Assembly (NCBI GenBank): GCA_964247055.1
Contig: OZ176052.1
Span: forward strand, 6,882,001 to 6,946,000
Direction: 5' to 3'
DNA from: Paragordius varius
Taxonomy: Eukaryota > Animalia > Nematomorpha
DNA length: 64,000 nucleotides
Positions 15,153-31,399 of this stretch are shown one piece after another. Position numbers and translations under genes: made by a program. Within the stretch, counting starts at the first letter, position 1. Each line of letters opens with the position of its first letter. The notes under the pieces are model-generated. The model made no database searches. It was not told the origin of the DNA and saw only the letters and a program-made list of their open reading frames with translations.

Positions 15153-18100
15153 ATTTCCAACAATCAACCAAATATTTTCAACAAATATGTATTACCCATA
15201 ATATTTTAGTCTTTCCAACAATCAACCATATATATTCAACAATCAAATTATATCACCATTAATATTTTAGTCTTTCCAACAATCAACCATATATTTTCAA
15301 CAATCAATATGTATTACCCATTAATATTTTAGTCTTTCCAACAATCAACCAAATATTTTCAACAATCAATATGTATTACCCATTAATATTTTAGTTTTTT
15401 CAACAATCAACCATATATTTTCAACAATCAAATTATATCACCCATTAATATTTTAGTATTTCCAACAATCAACCAAATATTTTCAACAAATATGTATTAC
15501 CCATAATATTTTAGTCTTTCCAACAATCCACCATATATATTCAACAATCAAATTATATCACCATTAATATTTTAGTCTTTCCAACAATCAACCATATATT
15601 TTCAACAATCAAATTATATCACCCATTAATATTTTAGTATTTCCAACAATCAACCAAATATTTTCAACAATCAATATGTATTACCCATTAATATTTTAGT
15701 CTTTCCAACAATCAACCATATATTTTCAACAATTAAATTATATCACCATTAATATTTTAGTCTTTCCAACAATCAACCATATATTTTCAACAATCAATAT
15801 GTATTACCCATTAATATTTTAGTCTTTCCAACAATCAACCATATAATTTCAACAATCAATATGTATTACCCATTAATATTTTAGTCTTTTCAACAATCAA
15901 CCGTATATTTTCAACAATCAATTTATATCACCCATTAATATTTTAGTATGTCCAACAATCAACCAAATATTTTAAACAATCAATATGTATTAACCATTAA
16001 TATTTTAGTCTTTCCAACAATCAACCATATATTTTCAACAATTAAATTATATCACCATTAATATTTTAGTATTTCCAACAATCAACCAAATATTTTCAAC
16101 AATCAATATGTATTACCCATTAATATTTTAGTCTTTCCAACAATCAACCATATATTTTCAACAATTAAATTATATCACCATTAATATTTTAGTCTTTCCA
16201 ACAATCAACCATATAATTTCAACAATCAATATGTATTACTTATTAATATTTTAGACTTTCCAACAATCAACCATATATTTTCAACAATCAATATGTATTA
16301 CCCATTAATATTTTATTTAAAACAATCAACCAAATATTTTCAACAAACAAATTATATCACCCAGTAATATTTTAGTATTTCCAACAATCAACCAAATATT
16401 TTCAACAAATATGTATTACCCATAATATTTTAGTCTTTCCAACAATCAACCATATATATTCAACAATCAAATTATATCACCATTAATATTTTAGTCTTTC
16501 CAACAATCAACCATATATTTTTAACAATCAATATGTATTACCCATTAATATTTTAGTTTTTCCAACAATCAACCAAATATTTTCAACAATCAATATGTAT
16601 TACCCATTAATATTTTAGTTTTTTCAACAATCAACCATATATTTTCAACAATCAAATTATATCACCCATTAATATTTTAGTATTTCCAACAATCAACCAA
16701 ATATTTTCAACAATCAATATGTATTACCCATTAATATTTTAGTCTTTCCAACAATCAACCATATATTTTCAACAATTAAATTATATCACCATTAATATTT
16801 TAGTCTTTCCAACAATCAACCATATATTTGTAATCAAATATTTGCAACAATCATTTTATACCACCCATTTATATTTAATTAATCAAACAATCAACCATAT
16901 ATTTTTAACAATCAAAATTTATCACCATTAATATTTTAGTCTTTCCAACAATCAACCATATATTTTCAACAATCAATATGGTTTACCCATTAATATTTTA
17001 GTCTTTCCAACAATCAACCATATATTTTCAACAATCAATATGTATTACCCATTAATATTTTAGTCTTTCCAACAATTAACCAAATATTTTCAACAATCAA
17101 TATGTATTACCCATTAATATTTTAGTCTTTTCAACAATCACCATATATTTTCAACAATCAAAATTTATCACCATTAATATTTTAGTCTTTCCAACAATCA
17201 ACCATCTATTTTCAACAATCAATATCGTTTACCCATTAATATTTTCGTCTTTCCAACAATCAACCATATATTTTCAACAATCAATATGTATTACCCATTA
17301 ATATTTTAGTCTTTCCAACAATTAACCAAATATTTTCAACAATCAATATGTATTATTCATTAATATTTTAGTCTTTACAACAATCAACCATATATTTTTA
17401 ACAATCAAATTATATCACCATTAATATTTTAGTCTTTCCAATAATCAACCATATATTTTCAACAATCAATATGGTTTACCCATTAATATTTTAGTCTTTC
17501 CAACAATCAACCATATATTTTCAACAATCAATATGTATTACCCATTAATATTTTAGTCTTTCCAACAATTAACCAAATATTTTCAACAATCAATATGTAT
17601 TACCCATCAATATTTTAGTTTTTTCAACAATCAAACATATATTTTCAACAAACAAATTATATCACCCAGTAATATTTTAGTATTTCCAACAATCAACCAA
17701 ATATTTTCAACAAATATGTATTACCCATAATATTTTAGTCTTTCCAACAATCAACCATATATATTCAACAATCAAATTATATCACCATTAATATTTTAGT
17801 CTTTCCAACAATCAACCATATATTTTCAACAATCAATATGTATTACCCATTAATATTTTCGTCTTTCCAACAATCAACCATATATTTTCAACAATCAATA
17901 TGTATTACCCATTAATATTTTAGTCTTTCCAACAATTAACCAAATATTTTCAACAATCAATATGTATTATTCATTAATATTTTAGTCTTTACAACAATCA
18001 ACCATATATTTTTAACAATCAAATTATATCACCATTAATATTTTAGTCTTTCCAATAATCAACCATATATTTTCAACAATCAATATGGTTTACCCATTAA

Positions 18101-19729
18101 TATTTTAGTCTTTCCAACAATCAACCATATATTTTCAACAAACAAATTATATCACCCAGTAATATTTTAGTATTTCCAACAATCAACCAAATATTTTCAA
18201 CAAATATGTATTACCCATAATATTTTAGTCTTTCCAACAATCAACCATATATATTCAACAATCAAATTATATCACCATTAATATTTTAGTCTTTCTAACA
18301 ATCAACCATATATTTTCAAATCAATATATATTACCCATTAATATTTTAGTCTTTCCAACAATTAACCAAATATTTTCAACAATCAATATGTATTACCCAT
18401 TAATATTTTAGTCTTTACAACAATCAACAATATATTTTAACAATCAAATTATATCACCTATTAATGTTTTAGTCTTTCCAACAATCAACCATATATTTGT
18501 AAAAATCAAATATTTGCAACAATCATTTTATATCACCCATTTATATTTAATTATTCAAACAATCAACCATATATTTTCAACAATCAATATGTATTACCCA
18601 TTAATGTTTTAGCCTTTCCAACATTCAACCATTTATTTTCAACAAACAATATGGTTTACCCATTAATATTTTAGTCTTTCCAACAATCAACCAAATATTT
18701 TCAACAATCAATATGTATTACCCATTATTAGTCTTTTCAACAATAAACCATATATTTTCAACAATCAAATTATATCACCCATTAATATTTTAGTATTTCC
18801 AACAATCAATCAAATATTTTCAACAATCAATATGGTTTACCCATTAATATTTTAGTCTTTCCAACAATCAACCATATATTTTCAACAATCAATATGTATT
18901 ACCCATTAATATTTTAGTCTTTCCAACAATTGACCAAATATTTTCAACAATCAATATGTATTACCCATTAATATTTTAGTATTTCCAACAATCAACCAAA
19001 TATTTTCAACAATCAATATGTATTAACAATTAATATTTTAGTCTTTCCAACAATCAACCATATATTTTCAACAAACAAATTATATCTCCCATTAATGTTT
19101 TAGTCTTTTCAACAATAAAACATATATTTTCAACAATCAAATTATATCACCATTAATATTTTACTCTTTCCAACAATCAACCATATATTTTCAACAATCA
19201 ATATGTATTACCCATCAATATTTTAGTCTTTTCAACAATCAAACATATATTTTCAACAAACAAATTATATCACCCAGTAATATTTTAGTATTTCCAACAA
19301 TCAACCAAATATTTTCAAGAAATATGTATTACCCATTTTAGTCTTTCCAACAATCAACCATATATATTCAACAATCAAATTATATCACCATTAATATTTT
19401 AGTCTTTCCAACAATCAACCATATATTTTCAACAATCAATATGTATTACCCATTAATATTTTAGTCTTTCCAACAATCAACCAAATATTTTCAACAATCA
19501 ATATGTATTACCCATTAATATTTTAGTTTTTTCAACAATCAACCATATATTTTCAACAATCAAATTATATCACCCATTAATATTTTAGTATTTCCAACAA
19601 TCAACCAAATATTTTCAACAATCAATATGTATTACCCATTAATATTTTAGTCTTTCTAACAATCAACCATATATTTTCAACAATTAAATTATATCACCAT
19701 TAATATTTTAGTCTTTCCAACAATCAATC

Positions 19730-22700
19730 AAATATTTTCAACAATCAATATGTATTACCCATTAATATTTTAGTCTTTCCAACAATCAACCATATATTTT
19801 CAACAATTAAATTATATCACCATTAATATTTTAGTCTTTCCAACAATCAAATCAAATATTTTCAACAATCAATATGTATTACCCATCAATATTTTAGTCT
19901 TTTCAACAATCAAACATATATTTTCAACAAACAAATTATATCACCCAGTAATATTTTAGTATTTCCAACAATCAACCATATATTTTCAACAATCAATATG
20001 TATTACCCATCAATATTTTAGTCTTTTCAACAATCAAACATATATTTTCAACAAACAAATTATATCACCCAGTAATATTTTAGTATTTCCAACAATCAAC
20101 CAAATATTTTCAACAAATATGTATTACCCATAATATTTTAGTCTTTCCAACAATCAACCAACCATATATTTTCAACAATCAATATGTATTACCCATTAAT
20201 ATTTTAGTCTTTCCAACAATCAACCAAATATTTTCAACAATCAATATGTATTACCCATTAATATTTTAGTTTTTTCAACAATCAACCATATATTTTCAAC
20301 AATCAAATTATATCACCCATTAATATTTTAGTATTTCCAACAATCAACCAAATATTTTCAACAATCAATATGTATTACCCATTAATATTTTAGTCTTTCC
20401 AACAATCAACCATATATTTTCAACAATTAAATTATATCACCATTAATATTTTAGTCTTTCCAACAATCAACCATATATTTTCAACAATCAATATGTATTA
20501 CCCATTAATATTTTAGTCTTTCCAACAATCAACAATATAATTTCAACAATCAATATGTATTACCCATTAATATTTTAGTTTTTCCAACAATCAACCAAAT
20601 ATTTTCAACAATCAATATGTATTACCCATTAATATTTTAGTCTTTCCAACAATCAACCATATATTTTCAACAATCAATATGGTTTACCCATTAATATTTT
20701 AGTCTTTGCAACAATCAACCATATATTTTCAACAATTAAATTATATCACCATTAATATTTTAGTCTTTCCAACAATCAACCAAATATTTTTAACAATCAA
20801 TATGTATTAACCATTAATATTTTAGCCTTTCCAACAATCAACCATATACTTTCGACAATCAAATTATATCACCATTAATATTTTAGTCTTTCCAACAATC
20901 AACCATATATTTGTAATCAAATATTTGCAACAATCATTTTATACCACCCATTTATATTTAATTATTCAAACAATCAACCATATATTTTTAACAATCAAAA
21001 TTTATCACCATTAATATTTTAGTCTTTCCAACAATCAACCATATATTTTCAACAATAAATATGGTTTACCCATTAATATTTTAGTCTTTACAACAATCAA
21101 CCATATATTTTCAATAATCAATATGTATTACCCATTAATATTTTAGTCTTTTCAACAATCAACCAAATATTTTCAACAATCAATATGTATTACCCATTAA
21201 TATTTTAGTATTTCCAACAATCAACCAAATATTTTCAACAATCAAATTATATCACCATTAATATTTTAGTCTTTCCAACAATCAACCATATATTTTCAAC
21301 AACCAATATGTATTACCCATTAATATTTTAGTCTTTCCAACAATCAACCAAATATTTTTAACAATCAATATGTATTAACCATTAATATTTTACCCTTTCC
21401 AACAATCAACCATATACTTTCAACAATCAAATTATATCACCATTAATATTTTAGTCTTTCCAACAATCAACCATATATTTTCAACAATCCATATGTATTT
21501 CCCATTAATATTTTAGTCTTTCCAACAATCAACCATATATTTGTAATCAAATATTTGCAACAATCATTTTATACCACCCATTTATATTTAATTATTCAAA
21601 CACAACCATATATTTTTAACAATCAAATTATATCACCATTAACATTTTAGTCTTTCCAACAATCAACCATATATTTTCAACAATCAATATGGTTTACCCA
21701 TTAATATTTTAGTCTTTCCAACAATCAACCAAATATTTTCAACAATCAATATGTATTACCCATTATTAGTCTTTTCAACAATAAACCATATATTTTCAAC
21801 AATCAAATTATATCACCCATTAATATTTTAGTATTTCCAACAATCAATCAAATATTTTCAACAATCAATATGGTTTACCCATTAATATTTTAGTCTTTCC
21901 AACAATCAACCATATATTTTCAACAATCAATATGTATTACCCATTAATATTTTAGTCTTTCCAACAATTAACCAAATATTTTCAACAATCAATATGTATT
22001 ACCCATTAATATTTTAGTATTTCCAACAATCAACCAAATATTTTCAACAATCAATATGTATTACCCATCAATATTTTAGTCTTTTCAACAATCAAACATA
22101 TATTTTCAACAATCAAATTATATCACCATTAATATTTTACTCTTTCCAACAATCAACCATATATTTTCAACAATCAATATGTATTACCCATCAATATTTT
22201 AGTGTTTTCAACAATCAAACATATATTTTCAACAAACAAATTATATCACCCAGTAATATTTTAGTATTTCCAACAATCAACCAAATATTTTCAAGAAATA
22301 TGTATTACCCATAATATTTTAGTCTTTCCAACAATCAACCATATATATTCAACAATCAAATTATATCACCATTAATATTTTAGTCTTTCCAACAATCAAC
22401 CATATATTTTCAACAATCAATATGTATTACCCATCAATATTTTAGTGTTTTCAACAATCAAACATATATTTTCAACAAACAAATTATATCACCCAGTAAT
22501 ATTTTATTATTTTCAACAATCAACCAAATATTTTCAACAATCAATATGTATTACCCATCAATATTTTAGTCTTTTCAACAATCAAACATATATTTTCAAC
22601 AATCAAATTATATCACCATTAATATTTTACTCTTTCCAACAATCAACCATATATTTTCAACAATCAATATGTATTACCCATCAATATTTTAGTGTTTTCA

Positions 22701-25700
22701 ACAATCAAACATATATTTTCAACAAACAAATTATATCACCCAGTAATATTTTAGTATTTTCAACAATCAACCAAATATTTTGAAGAAATATGTATTACCC
22801 ATAATATTTTAGTCTTTCCAACAATCAACCATATATATTCAACAATCAAATTATATCACCATTAATATTTTAGTCTTTCCAACAATCAACCATATATTTC
22901 AACAATCAATATGTATTACCCATTAATATTTTAGTCTTTCCAACAATCAACCAAATATTTTCAACAATCAATATGTATTACCCATTAATATTTTAGTTTT
23001 TTCAACAATCAACCATATATTTTCAACAATCAAATTATATCACCCATTAATATTTTAGTATTTCCAACAATCAACCAAATATTTTCAACAATCAATATGT
23101 ATTACCCATTAATATTTTAGTCTTTCCAACAATCAACCATATATTTTCAACAATTAAATTATATCACCATTAATATTTTAGTCTTTCCAACAATCAAATC
23201 AAATATTTTCAACAATCAATATGTATTACCCATCAATATTTTAGTCTTTTCAACAATCAAACATATATTTTCAACAAACAAATTATATCACCCAGTAATA
23301 TTTTAGTATTTCCAACAATCAACCATATATTTTCAACAATCAATATGTATTACCCATCAATATTTTAGTCTTTTCAACAATCAAACATATATTTTCAACA
23401 AACAAATTATATCACCCAGTAATATTTTAGTATTTCCAACAATCAACCAAATATTTTCAACAAATATGTATTACCCATAATATTTTAGTCTTTCCAACAA
23501 TCAACCATATATATTCAACAATCAAATTATATCACCATTAATATTTTAGTCTTTCCAACAATCAACCATATATTTTCAACAATCAATATGTATTACCCAT
23601 TAATATTTTAGTCTTTCCAACAATCAACCAAATATTTTCAACAATCAATATGTATTACCCATTAATATTTTAGTTTTTTCAACAATCAACCATATATTTT
23701 CAACAATCAAATTATATCACCCATTAATATTTTAGTATTTCCAACAATCAACCAAATATTTTCAACAATCAATATGTATTACCCATTAATATTTTAGTCT
23801 TTCCAACAATCAACCATATATTTTCAACAATTAAATTATATCACCATTAATATTTTAGTCTTTCCAACAATCAACCATATATTTTCAACAATCAATATGT
23901 ATTACCCATTAATATTTTAGTCTTTCCAACAATCAACAATATAATTTCAACAATCAATATGTATTACCCATTAATATTTTAGTTTTTCCAACAATCAACC
24001 AAATATTTTCAACAATCAATATGTATTACCCATTAATATTTTAGTCTTTCCAACAATCAACCATATATTTTCAACAATCAATATGGTTTACCCATTAATA
24101 TTTTAGTCTTTGCAACAATCAACCATATATTTTCAACAATTAAATTATATCACCATTAATATTTTAGTCTTTCCAACAATCAACCAAATATTTTTAACAA
24201 TCAATATGTATTAACCATTAATATTTTAGCCTTTCCAACAATCAACCATATACTTTCGACAATCAAATTATATCACCATTAATATTTTAGTCTTTCCAAC
24301 AATCAACCATATATTTGTAATCAAATATTTGCAACAATCATTTTATACCACCCATTTATATTTAATTATTCAAACAATCAACCATATATTTTTAACAATC
24401 AAAATTTATCACCATTAATATTTTAGTCTTTCCAACAATCAACCATATATTTTCAACAATAAATATGGTTTACCCATTAATATTTTAGTCTTTACAACAA
24501 TCAACCATATATTTTCAATAATCAATATGTATTACCCATTAATATTTTAGTCTTTTCAACAATCAACCAAATATTTTCAACAATCAATATGTATTACCCA
24601 TTAATATTTTAGTATTTCCAACAATCAACCAAATATTTTCAACAATCAAATTATATCACCATTAATATTTTAGTCTTTCCAACAATCAACCATATATTTT
24701 CAACAACCAATATGTATTACCCATTAATATTTTAGTCTTTCCAACAATCAACCAAATATTTTTAACAATCAATATGTATTAACCATTAATATTTTACCCT
24801 TTCCAACAATCAACCATATACTTTCAACAATCAAATTATATCACCATTAATATTTTAGTCTTTCCAACAATCAACCATATATTTTCAACAATCCATATGT
24901 ATTTCCCATTAATATTTTAGTCTTTCCAACAATCAACCATATATTTGTAATCAAATATTTGCAACAATCATTTTATACCACCCATTTATATTTAATTATT
25001 CAAACACAACCATATATTTTTAACAATCAAATTATATCACCATTAACATTTTAGTCTTTCCAACAATCAACCATATATTTTCAACAATCAATATGGTTTA
25101 CCCATTAATATTTTAGTCTTTCCAACAATCAACCAAATATTTTCAACAATCAATATGTATTACCCATTATTAGTCTTTTCAACAATAAACCATATATTTT
25201 CAACAATCAAATTATATCACCCATTAATATTTTAGTATTTCCAACAATCAATCAAATATTTTCAACAATCAATATGGTTTACCCATTAATATTTTAGTCT
25301 TTCCAACAATCAACCATATATTTTCAACAATCAATATGTATTACCCATTAATATTTTAGTCTTTCCAACAATTAACCAAATATTTTCAACAATCAATATG
25401 TATTACCCATTAATATTTTAGTATTTCCAACAATCAACCAAATATTTTCAACAATCAATATGTATTACCCATCAATATTTTAGTCTTTTCAACAATCAAA
25501 CATATATTTTCAACAATCAAATTATATCACCATTAATATTTTACTCTTTCCAACAATCAACCATATATTTTCAACAATCAATATGTATTACCCATCAATA
25601 TTTTAGTGTTTTCAACAATCAAACATATATTTTCAACAAACAAATTATATCACCCAGTAATATTTTAGTATTTCCAACAATCAACCAAATATTTTCAAGA

Positions 25701-26599
25701 AATATGTATTACCCATAATATTTTAGTCTTTCCAACAATCAACCATATATATTCAACAATCAAATTATATCACCATTAATATTTTAGTCTTTCCAACAAT
25801 CAACCATATATTTTCAACAATCAATATGTATTACCCATCAATATTTTAGTGTTTTCAACAATCAAACATATATTTTCAACAAACAAATTATATCACCCAG
25901 TAATATTTTATTATTTTCAACAATCAACCAAATATTTTCAACAATCAATATGTATTACCCATCAATATTTTAGTCTTTTCAACAATCAAACATATATTTT
26001 CAACAATCAAATTATATCACCATTAATATTTTACTCTTTCCAACAATCAACCATATATTTTCAACAATCAATATGTATTACCCATCAATATTTTAGTGTT
26101 TTCAACAATCAAACATATATTTTCAACAAACAAATTATATCACCCAGTAATATTTTAGTATTTTCAACAATCAACCAAATATTTTCAAGAAATATGTATT
26201 ACCCATAATATTTTAGTCTTTCCAACAATCAACCATATATATTCAACAATCAAATTATATCACCATTAATATTTTAGTCTTTCCAACAATCAACCATATA
26301 TTTCAACAATCAATATGTATTACCCATTAATATTTTAGTCTTTCCAACAATCAACCAAATATTTTCAACAATCAATATGTATTACCCATTAATATTTTAG
26401 TTTTTTCAACAATCAACCATATATTTTCAACAATCAAATTATATCACCCATTAATATTTTAGTATTTCCAACAATCAACCAAATATTTTCAACAATCAAT
26501 ATGTATTACCCATTAATATTTTAGTCTTTCCAACAATCAACCATATATTTTCAACAATTAAATTATATCACCATTAATATTTTAGTCTTTCCAACAATC
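19730..26599 (+). repeat. Tandem HOR duplication, about 3.4-kb unit x2
   Basis: Markers offset by 3404: TCGAC 20852/24256, insertion monomers 20913/24317 and 21543/24947, repeat-derived ORF starts 22445/25849. Confidence 0.9.
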
Positions 26600-29500
26600 C
26601 ATCAAATATTTTCAACAATCAATATGTATTACCCATTAATATTTTAGTCTTTCCAACAATCAACCATATATTTTCAACAATTATATTATATCACCATTAA
26701 TATTTTAGTCTTTCCAACAATCAATCAAATATTTTCAACAATCAATATGTATTACCCATCAATATTTTAGTCTTTTCAACAATCAAACATATATTTTAAA
26801 CAAACAAATTATATCACCCAGTAATATTTTAGTATTTCCAACAATCAACCAAATATTTTCAACAAATATGTATTACCCATAATATTTTAGTCTTTCGAAC
26901 AATCAACCATATATATTCAACAATCAAATTATATCACCATTAATATTTTAGTCTTTCCAACAATCAACCATATATTTTCAACAATCAATATGTATTACCC
27001 ATTAATATTTTAGTTTTTTCAACAATCAACCATATATTTTCAACAATCAAATTATATCACCCATTAATATTTTAGTATTTCCAACAATCAACCAAATATT
27101 TTCAACAATCAATATGTATTACCCATTAATATTTTAGTCTTTCCAACAATCAACCATATATTTTCAACAATAAATATGGTTTACCCATTAATATTTTAGT
27201 CTTTACAACAATCAACCATATATTTTCAATAATCAATATGTATTACCCATTAATATTTAAGTCTTTTCAACAATCAACCAAATATTTTCAACAATCAATA
27301 TGTATTACCCATTAATATTTTAGTTTTTTCAACAATCAACCAAATATTTTCAACAATCAAATTATATCACCCATTAATATTTTAGTATTTCCAACAATCA
27401 ACCAAATATTTTCAACAATCAATATGTATTACCCATTAATATTTTAGTCTTTCCAACAATCAACCATATATTTTCAACAATAAATATGGTTTACCCATTA
27501 ATATTTTAGTCTTTACAACAATCAACCATATATTTTCAATAATCAATATGTATTACCCATTAATATTTTAGTCTTTTCAACAATCAACCAAATATTTTCA
27601 ACAATCAATATGTATTACCCATTAATATTTTAGTATTTCCAACAATCAACCAAATATTTTCAACAATCAAATTATATCACCATTAATATTTTAGTCTTTC
27701 CAACAATCAACCATATATTTTCAACAACCAATATGTATTACCCATTAATATTTTAGTCTTTCCAACAATCAACCAAATATTTTTAACAATCAATATGTAT
27801 TAACCATTAATATTTTACCCTTTCCAACAATCAACCATATACTTTCAACAACCAATATGTATTACCCATTAATATTTTAGTCTTTCCAACAATCAACCAA
27901 ATATTTTCAACAATCAATATGTATTACCCATTAATATTTTAGTCTTTACAACAATCAACAATATATTTGTAATCAAATATTTGCAACAATCATTTTATAC
28001 CACCCATTTATATTTAATTATTCAAACACAACCATATATTTTTAACAATCAAATTATATCACCATTAATATTTTAGTCTTTCCAACAATCAACCATATAT
28101 TTTCAACAATCAATATGGTTTACCGATTAATATTTTAGTCTTTCCAACAATCAACCATATATTTTCAACAATCAATATGTATTACCCATTAATATTTTAG
28201 TCTTTCCAACAATTAACCAAATATTTTCAACAATCAATATGTATTACCCATTAATATTTTAGTCTTTCCAACAATTAACCAAATATTTTCAACAATCCAT
28301 ATGTATTTCCCATTAATATTTTAGTCTTTCCAACAATCAACCATATATTTGTAATCAAATATTTGCAACAATCATTTTATACCACCCATTTATATTTAAT
28401 TATTCAAACACAACCATATATTTTTAACAATCAAATTATATCACCATTAATATTTTAGACTTTCCAACAATCAACCATATATTTTCAACAATCAATATGG
28501 TTTACCGATTAATATTTTAGTCTTTCCAACAATCAACCATATATTTTCAACAATCAATATGTATTACCCATTAATATTTTAGTCTTTCCAACAATAACCA
28601 AATATTTTCAACAATCAATATGTATTACCCATTAATATTTTAGTCTTTACAACAATCAACAATATATTTTAACAATCAAATTATATCACCTATTAATGTT
28701 TTAGTCTTTCCAACAATCAACCATATATTTGTAAAAATCAAATATTTGCAACAATCATTTTATATCACCCATTTATATTTAATTATTCAAACAATCAACC
28801 ATATATTTTCAACAATCAATATGTATTACCCATTAATGTTTTAGCTTTTCCAACAATCACCATATATTTTCAACAATCAATATGTATTACCCATTAATAT
28901 TTTAGTCTTTTCAACAATCAACCATATATTTTCAACAATCAAATTATATCTCCCATTAATATTTTAGTTTTTTCAACAATCAACCATATATTTTCAACAA
29001 TCAATATGGTTTACCCATTAATATTTTAGTCTTTACAACAATCAACCATATATTTTCAACAATTAAATTATATCACCATTAATATTTTAGTCTTTCCAAC
29101 AATCAACCATATATTTGTAATCAAATATTTGCAACAATCATTTTATACCACCCATTTATATTTAATTAATCAAACAATCACCCATATATTTTTAACAATC
29201 AAAATTTATCACCATTAATATTTTAGTCTTTCCAACAATCAACCATATATTTTCAACAATCAATATGTATTACCCATTAATATTTTAGTCTTTCCAACAA
29301 TCAACCATATATTTTCAACAATTAAATTATATCACCATTAATATTTTAGTCTTTCCAACAATCAACCATATATTTTCAACAATCAATATGTATTACCCAT
29401 TAATATTTTAGTCTTTCCAACAATCAACAATATAATTTCAACAATCAATATGTATTACCCATTAATATTTTAGTTTTTCCAACAATCAACCAAATATTTT

Positions 29501-31399
29501 CAACAATCAATATGTATTACCCATTAATATTTTAGTTTTTTCAACAATCAACCATATATTTTCAACAATCAATATGGTTTACCCATTAATATTTTAGTCT
29601 TTACAACAATCAACCATATATTTTCAACAATTAAATTATATCACCATTAATATTTTAGTCTTTCCAACAATCAACCATATATTTGTAATCAAATATTTGC
29701 AACAATCATTTTATACCACCCATTTATATTTAATTAATCAAACAATCAACCATATATTTTTAACAATCAAAATTTATCACCATTAATATTTTAGTCTTTC
29801 CAACAATCAACCATATATTTTCAACAATCAATATATTTTACCCATTAATATTTTAGTCTTTGCAACAATCAACCATATATTTTCAACAATTAAATTATAT
29901 CACCATTAATATTTTAGTCTTTCCAACAATCAACCAAATATTTTTAACAATCAATATGTATTAACCATTAATATTTTAGCCTTTCCAACAATCAACCATA
30001 TATTTTTAACAATCAAAATTTATCACCATTAATATTTTAGTCTTTCCAACAATCAACCATATATTTTCAACAATAAATATGGTTTACCCATTAATATTTT
30101 AGTCTTTACAACAATCAACCATATATTTTCAATAATCAATATGTATTACCCATTAATATTTTAGTCTTTTCAACAATCAACCAAATATTTTCAACAATCA
30201 ATATGTATTACCCATTAATATTTTAGTATTTCCAACAATCAACCAAATATTTTCAACAATCAAATTATATCACCATTAATATTTTAGTCTTTCCAACAAT
30301 CAACCATATATTTTCAACAACCAATATGTATTACCCATTAATATTTTAGTCTTTCCAACAATCAACCAAATATTTTTAACAATCAATATGTATTAACCAT
30401 TAATATTTTACCCTTTCCAACAATCAACCATATACTTTCAACAATCAAATTATATCACCATTAATATTTTAGTCTTTCCAACAATCAACCATATATTTTC
30501 AACAATCCATATGTATTACCCATTAATATTTTAGTCTTTCCAACAATCAACCAAATATTTTCAACAATCAATATGTATTACCCATTAATATTTTAGTTTT
30601 TTCAACAATCAACCATATATTTTCAACAATCAAATTATATCACCCATTAATATTTTAGTATTTCCAACAATCAACCAAATATTTTCAACAATCAATATGT
30701 ATTAACCATTAATATTTTACCCTTTCCAACAATCAACCATATACTTTCAACAATCAAATTATATCACCATTAATATTTTAGTCTTTCCAACAATCAACCA
30801 TATATATTCAACAATCAAATTATATCACCATTAATATTTTAGTCTTTCCAACAATCAACCATATATTTTCAACAATCAATATGTATTACCCATTAATATT
30901 TTAGTTTTTTCAACAATCAACCATATATTTTCAACAATTAAATTATATCACCATTAATATTTTAGTCTTTCCAACAATCAATCAAATATTTTCAACAATC
31001 AATATGTATTACCCATTAATATTTTAGTCTTTCCAACAATCAACCATATATTTTCAACAATTATATTATATCACCATTAATATTTTAGTCTTTCCAACAA
31101 TCAATCAAATATTTTCAACAATCAATATGTATTACCCATCAATATTTTAGTCTTTTCAACAATCAAACATATATTTTAAACAAACAAATTATATCACCCA
31201 GTAATATTTTAGTATTTCCAACAATCAACCAAATATTTTCAACAAATATGTATTACCCATAATATTTTAGTCTTTCGAACAATCAACCATATATATTCAA
31301 CAATCAAATTATATCACCATTAATATTTTAGTCTTTCCAACAATCAACCATATATTTTCAACAATCAATATGTATTACCCATAAATATTTTAGTTTTTT

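Larger units (their letters stand above)
9241..19730 (+). repeat. Sub-array 2 (transition layer)
   Basis: First appearance of the GTAATCAAATATTT insertion monomer (9290), the ATATGGTTTACCC tail, CCCATTATTAGTC, CAACAAATATG and CCCAGTAAT. Some left-layer blocks persist to about 12.3 kb. Confidence 0.65.
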
